Source of the DNA: Balanoglossus misakiensis | Lineage: Eukaryota > Animalia > Hemichordata | Reading direction: 5' to 3' | NCBI GenBank assembly: GCA_040954595.2 | Contig: CM082597.2 | Span: 700,859 to 764,858 of the forward strand | DNA length: 64,000 nt | Shown: positions 1-13,715 of the stretch, piece after piece | Layout: every line of letters begins with the position of its first letter | Position numbering within the stretch: the first letter of the stretch is position 1 | Notes under the pieces: generated by a model | What the model was told of the DNA's origin: nothing | What the model saw: the letters and a program-made list of their open reading frames with translations, nothing else | Databases searched by the model: none | Translations under genes and position numbers: made by a program

Positions 1-389
1 GATGCTGAAATACTGGAAAGGCAAACATCTGGTTTTAAAGAGACAGGTAAGTCCTCGCCAGGTGTGATGTCATCTAATTGCGACCTCTAAGGGGAACAGA
101 AATTTGTGATTGTAATCCATGCTCCTACAACTCTGCCTGGTGTTTATGAAATCTGTAAAGTAAGACTTCTGGGGTAACATGGCTACAGTTTGTGAACCTA
201 TTTATAAATATCTGTTTACTCCTGTTTATTAGTTTTGCCTGTTTACTGTTTGTTGACATGTTTATTTGTTTTTTTTTCCAATTAAAGGACTTGATCAATG
301 AACACATCGCAAAGCAGAACAAGAAGAAGGACGAACTAAAGAGGATTGATCCATCGTGTCTCAAATGGACGCCACCAGTGACAAGATAA
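1..389 (+). CDS. KAT7: MYST histone acetyltransferase KAT7/HBO1, last two coding exons (1-46, 288-389); 5' part lies outside the window
   Basis: Spliced translation MLKYWKGKHLVLKRQ|DLINEHIAKQNKKKDELKRIDPSCLKWTPPVTR* matches the HBO1 C-terminus (YWKGKHLVLKRQDLI...DPSCLKWTPP). GT donor at 47, AG acceptor at 286-287. Confidence 0.9.
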
Positions 390-3300
390 CGTCAACTGTC
401 GTGTCTCACGAATCATGCAGACTTGTCAGAGATTGTTGCTGCTTAGTGGAAGTTATTTCAGTCTCAAGAGGGCGCTGTATTCATTCTGAAGCACTGAGTT
501 TCCAGGCATTATTAGTACACAGGTTTAGAAAGCGAATCCTAGAATAACCATAGCATCAATAAGAATCGGAGATAGCCACTCTGCTGTGACTTTCAGTACT
601 GCCCAAGGGTGTGCGCCCTCTGTGTCAATACATGTCAAGAATATTTTGTACACTATCGAGGAATTGTACAAAGTTTTGAAACAAGTCTTTTGTAATTTGT
701 GTATCATGTGTTTTGGGAAACTTATAACATTCTGTTGCCTTAAATGCTATTAAATTTGAATACCCAAAGTGCTTGAAAACATAGTAGAGCCTTTATATGT
801 TGAACATGAATTGGGCAAGTTGGACACAGATATTTGCAAGGCACCACTGAGGGCGATTTCTTCAGTCACAAGCTTGTTTTTCAAATTTAAGTAAACAACC
901 TTTTCTGTCTTGATATCCTTAAACTGCCATGTACTGCAAAATTTACAGTTCATTGAATAGTATTCATCTTTTCCTTCAAATTTTGTACAAAACCGTCTGC
1001 AAGTTTTTTTATTATTAAGTTTTACCATGTTGTATTTTGCCTATTTAACATGAACACATTCTCAGTAGAATAATCTTACTTTCGAGCATTTTTTCTTGTT
1101 TTGCTTTAGTATCTATGGAATGGTTAGAAAGCCTTTTACAGTTTTCTTGCAGATGACTGAATTTCATTTCATTAAAATGGTTGAAGATGATTCGCCTGGT
1201 GTTCTTTTTATCTCATTGAGTGAGTGATCAAGATGTGACAACTGTTGTCTCTGTGTGTTGCTAAATAGTCTGCCATAACTGATTTGAGGTTGAATACAGT
1301 CTGCCTGTAGCTCTGCATTTTGACGACAGGCTGTGTCGTAAATCTCAATCGTCAGGATGACACGATTTTCTTCTCTACCCTATCTGTGATGTAACTCTCC
1401 ATTGCAACTGCAGCCTACACGTATCTGTTTGAAAGACCCTTCTAGCAATTTGACACCTTATGGGAACCTGTCTTTGAACAATGACACCATTACAGCACAT
1501 TCCTGACAAGACTTGTCTCGAATCCCTCTTGCCTTGACACAGAGTTCTTTTCAAAATAATTTCAATGATGGCAACAACATGAATGGGATGAAGGTCTCTT
1601 TTTATATACTCACACCTTTTCACAGCAAGTTTTCACTAACGTTAACATATCACTCCAGTGATGTTATTGCGACACTAGTTTTGAACCAGTCTGCAGGTTA
1701 TAAGCAGTCTATTAGTCACTGGCATTTTCACAAGTCAGAACCTATGAGCTATTTTATTTAGAAGCACGTTCAACAAACTGGTGAGGCTAACATTAAGTTT
1801 AAACTCAAGTGGATCTCATTTTATAAAATCTCTGCCAATTTCAAGAATGGGAAAGCAGAAAACAGCTGAATTAAACGGTTATTATTATCTTTAAACAAAT
1901 CAGTATACATGTACATTGCTAATTAAATCCTCGAGTGTGATTAAATATGAAAAAGGGCAGGGAGGGGGGGTATAGTCTCAAAGATAGAAATATACCTAGG
2001 CAAAGATATAATTTATCACACTTTCCAAAGTGTCTGAACACGTTTTCATCACAGAATTCCAAAACTTAAACAAATATGCCAACGGTCAAAGCCATATATT
2101 CATATTTTCTCCAATATGTTTGCATAGACATTTTGGAGCCAATGCCACAGTTTCTAATACCTACACGGTTTCATCAAAACCGTCAGCAGCCGAAAGGCTC
2201 CTACAGTGGAAATTAAGACAAATGATGCAAGTTCGATTTATCTTTACAATGAAACACATTTCTGGTAAAGTATTTTGGTGACCCCTGACTTCAATCTTGT
2301 CAGATTCATGTGTCAAATAACCCCATAGGTGCTGAAAACTGATTAGCTCTGATTACATTATTTCACTTCTTGACAAAACATATTGCCAATTTGGAAACGC
2401 AAGACTTCATTAGGGGAATGAAAACTGAGACCTTCTGGTTCCCAAGAGCAACATCGCCTAACAACATCCATCTACCTTATGTCAGCCTATACGTGTAGCG
2501 TTGAAAAAGTCTCCGAGTCGTCAGTATAACAAGTTTTACTACTGTAGTAATTAAATTCACACGTCAGCACAGGATTAAACCCCTTTCTCACTCTATATGA
2601 ATTTTAATTAGTGTTAGCCCATAAAACATTTCAGGTTATATTTTGTCATCGTGATGTTTTAATGAAAATGTTTAAGTCATCATAAAGTAAAGTAAAATAA
2701 AATAAAGTACATGTATGATTTAGGTTTATTGGGAAATGGATATATTTTGTAATTTGTTTGTATTTGGCTAGCTTTATGTGTAGCAGTGTGTTGAAATCTG
2801 CCTTCGAATGTAATGTTAGCATTTTGTTGATAAATGCGAGAATACACGATATCGGATTTCTCGTACGCGGACAGATGAACAACTCTTTAAATTTCAAAAC
2901 TCGAAATATAGACAGACTGTTTGGAAATCGAAACTGAACATTCGTCTTATCATGACAGTAAGTTTCTTATCGCGTAACCAAGGCAACCCTAATTAATATC
3001 CCTGTAGGATGACACTGTATCTTTGAACAGATTCATGTGAGAAAAGTTACTGACATTACCCCATCTACCTATTAACCTTTAGTTTCATTTTGTCAGTGAT
3101 AATTCTCTAGTGATGCCTTCGCCGTGAGAAATAAAGATAACAAGCAAAAGAAATAATTCTTGTTTTGTTCTGTATTGATAGTGGTGACAATACGTATGGT
3201 CATGTTTCCATGCCGACAACAATATCACTAGCCACTTTCATTGAGCTTCATATTTCATCAAAATTGTTATTTTGAACAAATAATGGCACTTTTATAAAAG

Positions 3301-5896
3301 GCACTATGTTCATTTTTTTCTTTCATTATATTCTTTGATGTCCAAGATATTTACCCAATATGTAGTGCGCGTCATTTTGAGAGAAAACCGAAGGCGAATT
3401 CTATCTATATTGTAATTTACACTACTTTAAATGCATGTAGTTATTCATTTCGCATCATGAGAAACCTGTCTGTTATCATAGTTACAGTATCTGGTTACTC
3501 CGATCGTTGTCACGAAATCAGACAAATTATCTACCGATGTCATCTATACAAATTTTAACGCATGATTTACGCATTCGTGATATCCATGGCACCAAGCTGA
3601 GTATTTGATCAGTCTGTCGACAGTTTGGATAGACCATTTTCCGAACTAAACGAGACTCTGCGAGATCTCGCATAGCTAGGTAGTTTACATAGCCTAGGTG
3701 GACATTCTCATGTGACACAGGAAAAACAATACATCGTGTTAAACAGCTCAAAAGTTACATTTTGTTAAACTCTACACCTATTCTATTTTCATAAAAAGCT
3801 CGAACTGGCTCTGTCTTAGCTCATTCAGATTTCACACCTTCCAGAAGCAAATTGATTATTGCATCCTGGTGCATTATTATCTTGTAAAAAAGTGGATTAA
3901 GTTCTCGTCCGCCCAATTAAATCGAAGGAGCGCATGACTCATCTATGTCAAGTTCTTCAGTTAGACTACAGAGACACACAGACACACAAAGACCCAGATC
4001 GAGGTTAATCAATATGGCGCCAGTCACGTGACAATTTTAATGGACACCATCGGGCCATTTGCCAGCTGTAGTTCTGTCTTTTCACTTGTATAGTCCTTAT
4101 TTCGTATAGATTTCCATATAAGGTTTTATTGCGTTTGTCGGTAAGGCACGTTTGTTACATTATCAAATTAAAACGGCCCTATATTACGATCCACAAGAAA
4201 TATTTCACTGAAAATATCAAAGGTGGTGACGTCGCGCGGAATCGTGTTCTGAAATTCATTAAACGCGTGGTTATTTCTCAAGTCATTGAAGTAATGCTAT
4301 AACTTATCATAAAACTGTTAAAACGCGAACTCTGATTGGTCGTAAATAACCACCATTATACACTAACAACAGAAAAGTTCTAAAACATCGCGGATAGGGG
4401 TTGCGGAGGTAATCGTGTTTGTCCAATTCTTTCCACTCATCACCCTAAAATCTAGTTTTATATCCACTTTCTAAAGAAAAGCAATTTACTTATGAGACCG
4501 GGTTGTCTATGATAAACAGATGATATACGCCACAAAAATGTATGCTACACTAACAGCACTATGTCAATTTATATCCCTCCACTAATCCACACATTGTCTG
4601 TATGTCTGCATATGTGCTGTCTGTCTGCCTGCCTGTCAATCTGTCTGTCTGTTTGCAAATTCCGATTAAACCATCTGTTCTTCATTTCCCAATTCCCCAT
4701 TTTGTATGCCTCTGTTTCAGAGCAATAATTTATATACACTATAATATTACGAGTCGGAGAGATATTGTAGTTCTACTTTTATTGCCTTTGGCATTTCTTC
4801 CACACCTGATGCAAATTGACGCCTTGGAGGTGATAAGGTTGGAATTGTATTAGAAAACCGTCTGCGACAAACAGCCATTCTCGCAAATCATGGCATCTGT
4901 CACCTCGTTTGCTTGATTATCGAGGGTCACTTTGTTGACACGACAGACAAGCCTAATCATTAATTTGCCACCACTCTGGAAATAAATAATCATTTACTTC
5001 TCGCGTGTTATTCTCGATGAAATGGTAATCCTCTTGCAGGCTGGCGCTAGCATTAATCATTGAATCGTATTAGTTATGTTTACGTCTGTCCACTTGTCTA
5101 TATGTGAAAATGCTGCCAAACTTTAAAACAGATATTTTTTAGAACAAGAACAATTTTAAATGCCCTCGTCAGCCGAATACCTGAATACAAAGCAACCGTC
5201 TTGCAAAGAACTGATCATATCGTTTCAAGTACGATTTTTTTTTTCTGAGGATTGTTGTGACAAATTTAATCATACAATCACTGTTCACTGACATTAAAAC
5301 GTCAATAAATCTTCAATGTTCCGTAAAAACTGGAGGAACAGACCGTGCCCAATGTATACAGTAGTAAAACTAATGACCATAAACTGACTGTTATGTTTGA
5401 ATATCTCCTTTTATGACTCGCCATGTCTGTTTCATCCAGACCGTCGAATAGGAGAGTACAATTGTTGCAAAGGTATCCGCGTGCCAGTTCAGTTTTTATC
5501 AACACTGTATATATTTGCGTAATGGTTTTTATATGTTTGCTGTGTGTGTATACCCACTTTTGTGTTGCAATATCTGGACTTTATATCCACAACGTGACTA
5601 TAGAAAATGAGCTACAAAAGGACACTAACAGTGAAGATATAGCATACGCGATGAACGTTAAGTTTCGTACATGACTTCCTGGGGAGATGGGGTGGGCTAT
5701 TACTGCGCACATATTGCACCTCTTTCATTAAAAACAGCGACATCACACCACTGAACTTCAGGGGAGTGTCTACTAATATACACATCGTCGTGACTGTATA
5801 GGCTATATACTTTTACGGTCTGCACTTTTAAATTACCTGGCTTTATATTATCCCTACCTGGGGAGGTGCTATCTTGTTTGTAATCGCTTAAATGCG

Positions 5897-5991
5897 CCTT
5901 TCACGCTACATTAGATCGTGGTCAACTTCCGGTGAATATTGCTTGTGGTTAAGCTACTTCCGGTTGGAAGTGATCATGGCGTTGTGAAAGG
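5897..5991. mobile_element. Small degenerate inverted-repeat element (MITE-like remnant)
   Basis: Termini CCTTTCAC...GTGAAAGG with imperfect inner pairing; no coding capacity. Confidence 0.3.
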
Positions 5992-6600
5992 TGGAAACTG
6001 TAAATTATCAAATAATTTGTACCGTTGCTAAGGGATGAGCAATCTGGTTATAGCCAGCAGGAGGCCAATGTCACACCAACTGATCAGCTGCGAATTTATA
6101 GCCTAGTGCGGCTGACTGAACACGTGATTTGGCAACCGTTTCAACAAATGCATGCTGCGTAAATGTTGAAAAATTGCCGTGCAGCAATTATGCAAATTAT
6201 GCAGTTGGTAATAGCCGCAGAGCATGAAGTCCCCGGCGACGATGAAAATGTGAACTTGAGCGTTTCCAGGGAAACTCTAGGCTATCATCTGCACTCAGCC
6301 TATAGGTGGCGTGCATTGCACCGTGGAACCGAAAATAGACTAATTATGTGATTTGCTGTAAGGTATACCTATACCGTACGGAGGATGAATCTAGTTACAC
6401 ACTATGCATGTATAATTTATTCAAATATCAGTCCGCGCCACTCAACTGCATTTTGTATGGAACAACACCGATGGACACGAATTCAATTACCTGGCAGGAA
6501 AACGAGGCCGGGAATAACATTAGCGGTTCTCCCCACATGAGATGCACCTAGACTAGTTTTTTTTCTTCTAGTCAACGATACTGCCAACTAGAGACAACAT

Positions 6601-6693
6601 AGACAAAGGGACGCTTCTCAAGTTTGTTTGATAATTTCACTTCGAGGCTGGCGCCTCCCTCCCCTCAGAAAACTGTCGTGAAGACCCTTTGTC
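6601..6693. mobile_element. Small imperfect inverted-repeat element (MITE-like)
   Basis: GACAAAGGG...CCCTTTGTC termini, with partial complementarity extending about 30 bp. Confidence 0.3.
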
Positions 6694-7058
6694 CCTGTCC
6701 ACAAAGCATAGAGCAACGCGTAGGTGTCCACGGCAACATTCAGTAAAATAACTCGACAGACGCCTGTTGAAATGGTTACAGACTGTACCAACGTATCGCC
6801 TAGATCAGATCATCTTACACAGTACGACACATTCAAAGAAGACTAAAAGTCACTTACCAGACATCTAGCAAGTCTTGAATGCAGATTCATATATTTTCAC
6901 CTGAAGATTGAACAAGAAAAAGTAATATGAAGAGTTTGTACATTTTCTCTTTTGTTTTTATTACATCATTGCTGTCGAAGGTAAGTGCTGAAAATATTTT
7001 GTAATGATTGGTATCACACCTCGATATGTCACATGTCAGACAGCAGCCTTCCTGCCTG

Positions 7059-7060
<2 letters not shown>

Positions 7061-7110
<50 letters not shown>
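7061..7110. repeat. (TG)n microsatellite
   Basis: About 25 TG units; explains the spurious CVCV and HTHT ORFs. Confidence 0.97.
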
Positions 7111-7112
<2 letters not shown>

Positions 7113-9371
7113 TGCCTGCTTGCGTGTCTATGTGAGTGTCTATGGGCCTGCCTGCCTGTCTCAGTGATTGTAGTGTACATCTTCATATATTCCATCTCGC
7201 CATCCGTTTTTGTCCCTTCATTTGATTAGTCTCTTTTTGGATTAACGTCAGTCTGGTATCTTTAATACAATCATCCCCAGAGAAGACTTCTCCCAGCAGG
7301 GAATACGGACGTCGAAAATGAGTGTTATTTAAACCCAGAACGCAATAATATTAAACACGATTGTTGTGTAAATGGTGTATTGGTGCCCATGCAGTGAGCG
7401 CATTGTCAGTTGCAAACGAACATAGAACAGCTACAATCGCTCAGGCCAGACACAGCGTTTCTGTGATAAAATCGAAGTTAGCGCTAGAAATTGACTCTAT
7501 AAAGGAAATTAAAAAGCTTAACTAAATTAAACGTCTCAGTATATCATCATGTCATTTCATTCAATGCCATTGTTCAAACTAAGTATTTTTCCTGTTGTTT
7601 TGACTTTGCAAGCCATCATATGAAACTTTGCACTGGAAATCAATAAGTTTGCCCTGTGACTACGGTTTACTAGGAAATTGCACTCTTACTGTAAGAAACG
7701 CCGAGGGAGGGGGGAGACAGAGAAAGAAAGATGCAGACAGAGAATGAATATGGGATCATTTAAATGTATACTGTCATCTATATAAATTTAGTAACTATAA
7801 AGGCACAGACTCAAATTAAGTAAATGAACCAGCACAGATTACCTGGAACAAATACGGGAATATTTTCCCCATTTTCCCACAAAGAATCCATTTTAGTGGC
7901 GGAGTTTACATTACCCGTTACGGCTTATCACCGCAGGCACGCCTGCATGTGGTCTTTGAAAGATAAACTATTTTTACAGTTTACCTAATCTAGGTTGGCA
8001 GTAGCGAGATGATGTTATTACCATAATTTAACGGTGCGGCGTGTTTTCAGACAACATATTCTATCATAACGTTCTGACTTGAATGCTAATCGCCCAGAAA
8101 ACCAACTTGCGTGTGAACATAACACAGTACCGCCTTGAATAGCGTGCAACTCTGTCTCATTTTGTTGGCCGTCTAATTATTCTCCCGCCAACAGAATAAA
8201 CACATACAGGAATTTTTAATATTCGGAATGACAATAACGCCTGCATTAAAAGAAATAAATGGCATTCAGGGTGTAAAGTCTTCATTCCGACATGCAAATA
8301 TCGATTCGAGTTTTATTTTCATTAGTCTGCCTAAGGTTGCTTTTCAGCCTTTTTGTGTGTGTGTCTGCCTGCATATTTGTCTGTAGACACCATAGGGAGG
8401 CCTGTTTGATAGGTTATCGGTTAGTTACCACGTTATCGGTCACAATAGGGCCGGCAGACAGACAAGACAGACACTACACAAAGTTGGATCAATGTATGCA
8501 CATACCTTTCTCTGTCGCGCAGATACGTGCTAAATTACTTCCCCCAAACTCCTGTTCATAAATTCTAATCAACCAAATGACGTTGTTATCATATGAATGA
8601 CGAAAAAGTTCCATTGTTGCGCGTTGAAATGCGACTTGACGTTTCAAACATCCACCTCTCCATTCACAATTCATCCAAGAAAGGTGAAACGACCATTCCT
8701 TTGTTAACGAAGTAACAAACACGACGCCCTCAGTCTATTCACAGAGCTGACAGTTTCCATCGACTCGGTTTTTCATCAGGTACAGTCTAATCGCATCACC
8801 GTGATATTTCCTGAAACTAGTCGTCTAGTTAGAAACTAAGCCTTAGGAACCCTAGTGCTTATTTCATTAGCAGTATCCAATAGATTATACTTCGTGTTCT
8901 CCACACCTCAACAAATTACAACCTTTTCATAACAATGACAGCACCATATGCGAATAGAATATTGGTCGGTAATCTTTCCTAAATAACACTCGCATAGAAA
9001 GAGTTGACATTTTCGTTTTGGGGAAATACAGCGCGTCTTTCAATGTCTAACGACAAACTTTACCTCATTCAAGTCGCATGTCACGATCAGTTATGGTTTT
9101 TATGATTCTCCCTATTTTCACCTACGGACCCTACAAAAGATTCCCCTCGAACATATATACATTCTATTGACATAAATTCACCTCTGCTGTTTTTGTGCCG
9201 CGTCTGATTTTTTTTTCAGGCGAACGTGACGACACTGAAACCATGTGGAGATTAGCATGTAGTGGTCGTCATTTGCTCTGAACAAACCGACGGGTAATAG
9301 TCGAGGCATATGCGAGCACTTCATGCAACAGCATGGTTTGAATACGTGACCAGAGAGACAAACTAAAAACC

Positions 9372-9699
9372 TTTACACGTATTCACACTTTACCGTGTTG
9401 GAAACATTGATTCTCACACTCCTGGCATGCTGAGGGTGTGGGATCAGAGTGTGAGAAATATATAATCTCACACACAAAGTACTTGGGATCATGTTTCTCA
9501 CACCCATCAGCCGGGATATATTTTTTGACAAAAAAACCCAACTCTTGTGAGAAATATGATCCCAGGTCCTTAGGAGTCTGAGATTCTATTACTCGTCGGG
9601 GATATTTTGTCCCACGCGAGCCGCAGGTGAGTGTGGGGCAAAAATATCTCCAACTTGTGCGAGAAATCCCAGGTCCTTGGGAATCTCCTGCCATGTAAA
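9372..9699. mobile_element. Palindrome-rich non-autonomous repeat with three consecutive hairpins
   Basis: Inverted repeats at 9411-9421/9447-9457, 9481-9502/9546-9567 (20/22 match) and 9601-9615/9633-9648. Confidence 0.55.
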
Positions 9700-12600
9700 A
9701 TTACCGCAAAGATATAAGCCGCAAAAAGCACATTCTTCTGTGAACGTCTCTATGTTTATAACTTTCGCGTTGATTGCTGATATGAAACACCGCGACTTGT
9801 TTCGTTGTGTTTTTCTTAATTGGGTAGTGTCGTTGCTTAGCAACTACGCTGAAAACCATTCATTAATCTAGAAAAAATAATGACTAAATATCCGATAAAT
9901 GGCGAATTATGGTCGTTTAGATGGACACAATCGTTGGTGGTTTTCACATTATTAAATTCTTTGAAAAGTATGAGAAAATCTACAGATAATTCCTCTACCA
10001 GAAATAGGTGGCGTGATGCAAAATGTCAAAACACCATACATGTATTACGGTTTTATTTGACAGACAACGATTATTGATGGCATGGGTGGCTATTCCGGAT
10101 AGGCCAGCTCCATCTGCTTGTCAAAAATGATGGAAAATTGAGGATGTGTTTTTTTACATGGGTCCATACACTGTTCGCGCGTGCTGCAGGTTTCTTTTGA
10201 TGTCAGTGACAACTTAAATGCGCAGTCCATCATTTGGGTCGAGACAGTTGATGAGCAGAATTGTTGTGAATTTTCACGTCGTTATTAATAGTGTAAAACC
10301 ATCAGTCCTATTACAGCTGCGAATGGCCATACGAATCACAGTGCTAATGCAGAAAGTGGAATTTTCGCTATTGTAATGTTCTAACAAGTTTTATAAAATC
10401 AAGGCTAGGTCACCGTGCTAAGGAAAATAAAATTTTGGGTTATGGTATCGTGATGAATTAAGCTTTATTAGACTTTGTATAACAAAGATAAAATCTTCCA
10501 ATTTGAAGTTATCGCTCGTAACATTAGAACGACAGCAATTCTGATCCGTCAAAATATCACGTTGTAATCTATCTTTCTGCCTCGGTGTGTTGTTCCACAA
10601 AAGCCATCTGAAGACAGCCTCCCCTTTCCTGAAATTATCCAACACTTTATTTTAGCTCTCGAAGAAGGAAATTCATTGTCCGTATGGTGGACGAAACCGT
10701 TTGATTCAACCATTGAATGATATATAGATGTGACGTCACCAGACGTTCGTATTTCATCATCAAAGTCCAACTAATGCGCGGAACCTGTTATAATTGCTGA
10801 ATAAATCCGTAAAATGACATAGGCCTAACTTAAAGGTTTTCTGATTATTTGCATAATTTCTCTGAATGCAGCGAATGCGTTGCAATCCCTGTAGATGAAA
10901 ACGCGCTTGGGAAATTTCACGCAATGTCCACCAAACTAAATGCTCCATGTGATGCCACAGACACTAAAATGAGAGAAATATTACACTTAATATTTTACGT
11001 GTTAGATATAAAATAAATCAACTAATAGCCAAATCTCTGGGAAAATAGTCTTTTCACCCAATAATTAAATGGAGTTTTGGCTTGCGGGGTTTTACATTAT
11101 TGAAATGACAATGCGCAATAGGCGGGCTTTGAAATGAACATCAGGATAATGAAAAAAGAAATGATTTTATTGATGCTGTAAATGTTTCCATCTGTACCTT
11201 TCAAGAATCAATCATTTTAATGTTCTGAAAATTAGATGAAGTACTTTCCTAATGAAGGTACTCCCAGTTTTTATTCTAATCGTACAGCTGTGTTTTGACA
11301 CAAACATTCCAGTACTCTATATATGATCGCCATGAGTGTAATATCCCCTGACAGAATGTCATCAGGCAATAAGGGAGAAATCAGTTTCATAAAATATAAA
11401 CACAAGTCAGCTTCGCTGGTGATTTACTGGAAGACTCAGAATGTTTAAAATCCCAAGTGAATATAATCTTAATTATAAAACCAAAGCGTGTGCAATCGTC
11501 GTTTTCAGTGAAAAGTTCACAGTTGAAAATTGATCGCCATTATTCGATGCAATCACTTCTGTGCTCGAGTGTTTTAAGAAAAGGAAAACTGCAGTCAAAG
11601 ACAGCGTGCCTGATTGTGTCTAAATGCTTTCAAGAAAGCGAAATTTCAGTTTGTGATATTTGGAATCCGCCACGGAGTAGGCTTATAAATTCCTTTACAC
11701 GTTCCCGCAATCACTCGTCACTTCTTTCAATTTAACGGAATGAGTTTAGCTTTATTTAAATTTCACCGTTCACGCACGGACCATTTCGGTTCACGCAACA
11801 AAATTACGACGGGTTTTTATCGCTGTCGTAAAGTGGTGACATTTTGTGCAATGAAACGTTGTTAGTCGTAAAAGTCGAAAACCCGCGCGGTTTCAGGATA
11901 ACGTTTTCTGACACACTGAAGCTAAAACCTCAAGTTGATGAAAATGTGAATGCATGTCATATTGTTAGATTAAAACGACTGCACTAATTTTCTCCATACT
12001 GATGAAAGACGTTACATATTGGCGTAAATTATGACTGTATATTCTAATAATGTTTATCGATAAACTGAAATGCCACTAGGGAAATATATAAGAGTATGTT
12101 TAATCTTCATAAAATGATACGTTTCAAGTAATTTCGTTTTTAATGAAGCTATTGGGACAAAACAAACATTGGTTGCGTCTGTTTTGCCTGTCCGTGCTTC
12201 AGAGTCTGTCCCTGGGAGTTTTCGATGCGACTATTCATGAAACAATGTTTCTCCGATTTCATTCAAACTATTTTCACGAGAGAAAACACGACTAGAAAGT
12301 AAATAGAAATCTTGAGTAAAGTGTAATGGGATTTTTTGTGGTGTGAAGCAGTCATTTCGATGCTGCTCACAAGAATAGTGGAGGCTTGATGTAGAATTGA
12401 TTGGATCAGTATAATGGAATTTCTGCTTGGTTACTTTGCTAGTGTCAACCTATACAGGAAGTAAAGTAGATTCTGTCAGTGGGATTCCGCATTTCAGCTT
12501 AAATGTTCTCAGGAGAAATTTAGCAAGTGAAACCAGAGTGAAAGTGGAGACAGGATAAGTTTAAGCGCGTCTACTCACGAGGGATTAGGTGTGTCTACCC

Positions 12601-13715
12601 AGACTGGAATTGGAAACTATTGACAAAAAACCTGAGCAGAGTACTCGACTTTTTTGTCATTTTGCTTTGCTCAAAAAATGACACACTGACTTTTTACCGG
12701 AACTACAACAAACATGATTCACTTTTATCACTTCATTCACATGCCGGAATCTCAAAATAGACGATTTTAAAAATACGTTTTTGACAGACTCACGCAAAGG
12801 TAGTAAATTGTAATAGGGTCTTTACTGTGACGTCAGCAATATGATTTTCGGGTCTGAAATATTTTTCAGTTAATAAACTGGCATTATTGCACATCAATCA
12901 TTGTCACATTGATTAAAACACCACCAGATGTTTGTTGTATTTCGCAAATGTATTCTGAATTTACAACTTTCAATAGATGCTGCTTTATATCAGGACATAT
13001 TTTTCCATAAAATGTTTCCTCATAATTTTATTTTATTTCATGTTTAGTTGGGACGGGATGTCTTGCTTTGTAGCATGGTTGAATATTCAAAACAGTAGAC
13101 AGTAAAACATGTTCTGCGTGTCTGACCATTTATAGCAAAAATAATAGTATATTAACTACAATGCATAACTACAAAGTCATCATTATTCAGACACTGTGAC
13201 ATCTACCTGTTAGCAGAACTCTTCTGCAGTGATCTTGCAGGAAACAAATATTACGATAGTTTGCATAGAACGTAATCCAATAACCGTATCTCTATAGATA
13301 GAATCTGACATTACGCCTCTTGGCGCGCATTTGGTCGGCTGCGTTTCATCCGCACCGTCTAAACAGAACAAAGCAATAACCGGAGTTCTCATCTCTCAGT
13401 GGATCAACTGATTTGACGTTTGCTTTTCTGCTGAGCTGAAACGTTGTCATAGAAACCTAAGCGCCCGAGAAAAATACTAGCGACTAGACAGGAAGAATGG
13501 TCTTCTTGAAAGTGGTACTTTTTCAAAAGTATTAATGATTCGACGTCCGATGTCTTAATTACATTTATTTCTTTTCAACAGTGACGAATGCACTAAATAA
13601 TCCCTAAATTATAGGGCGCCAGATTTTGTTTAGGTGTCGTCGGTTGCCGCTGCGTGCACTGTTTAAAAAAATACCGAAGAGAAAAACAAGCTTAAGTTTA
13701 TCTTTCCAGATCCAG

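Noticed and set aside
5302-5505. ORF containing LLFDGLDE, resembling a NACHT Walker B motif
   Set aside because: No Walker A or other NACHT motif found nearby; probably chance.
6887-7229. CVCV and HTHT ORFs
   Set aside because: Translations of the (TG)n microsatellite.
9221-9293. Plus-strand exon-like segment with acceptor and donor
   Set aside because: Its ATG frame stops after 12 codons and I could not link it to other exons.
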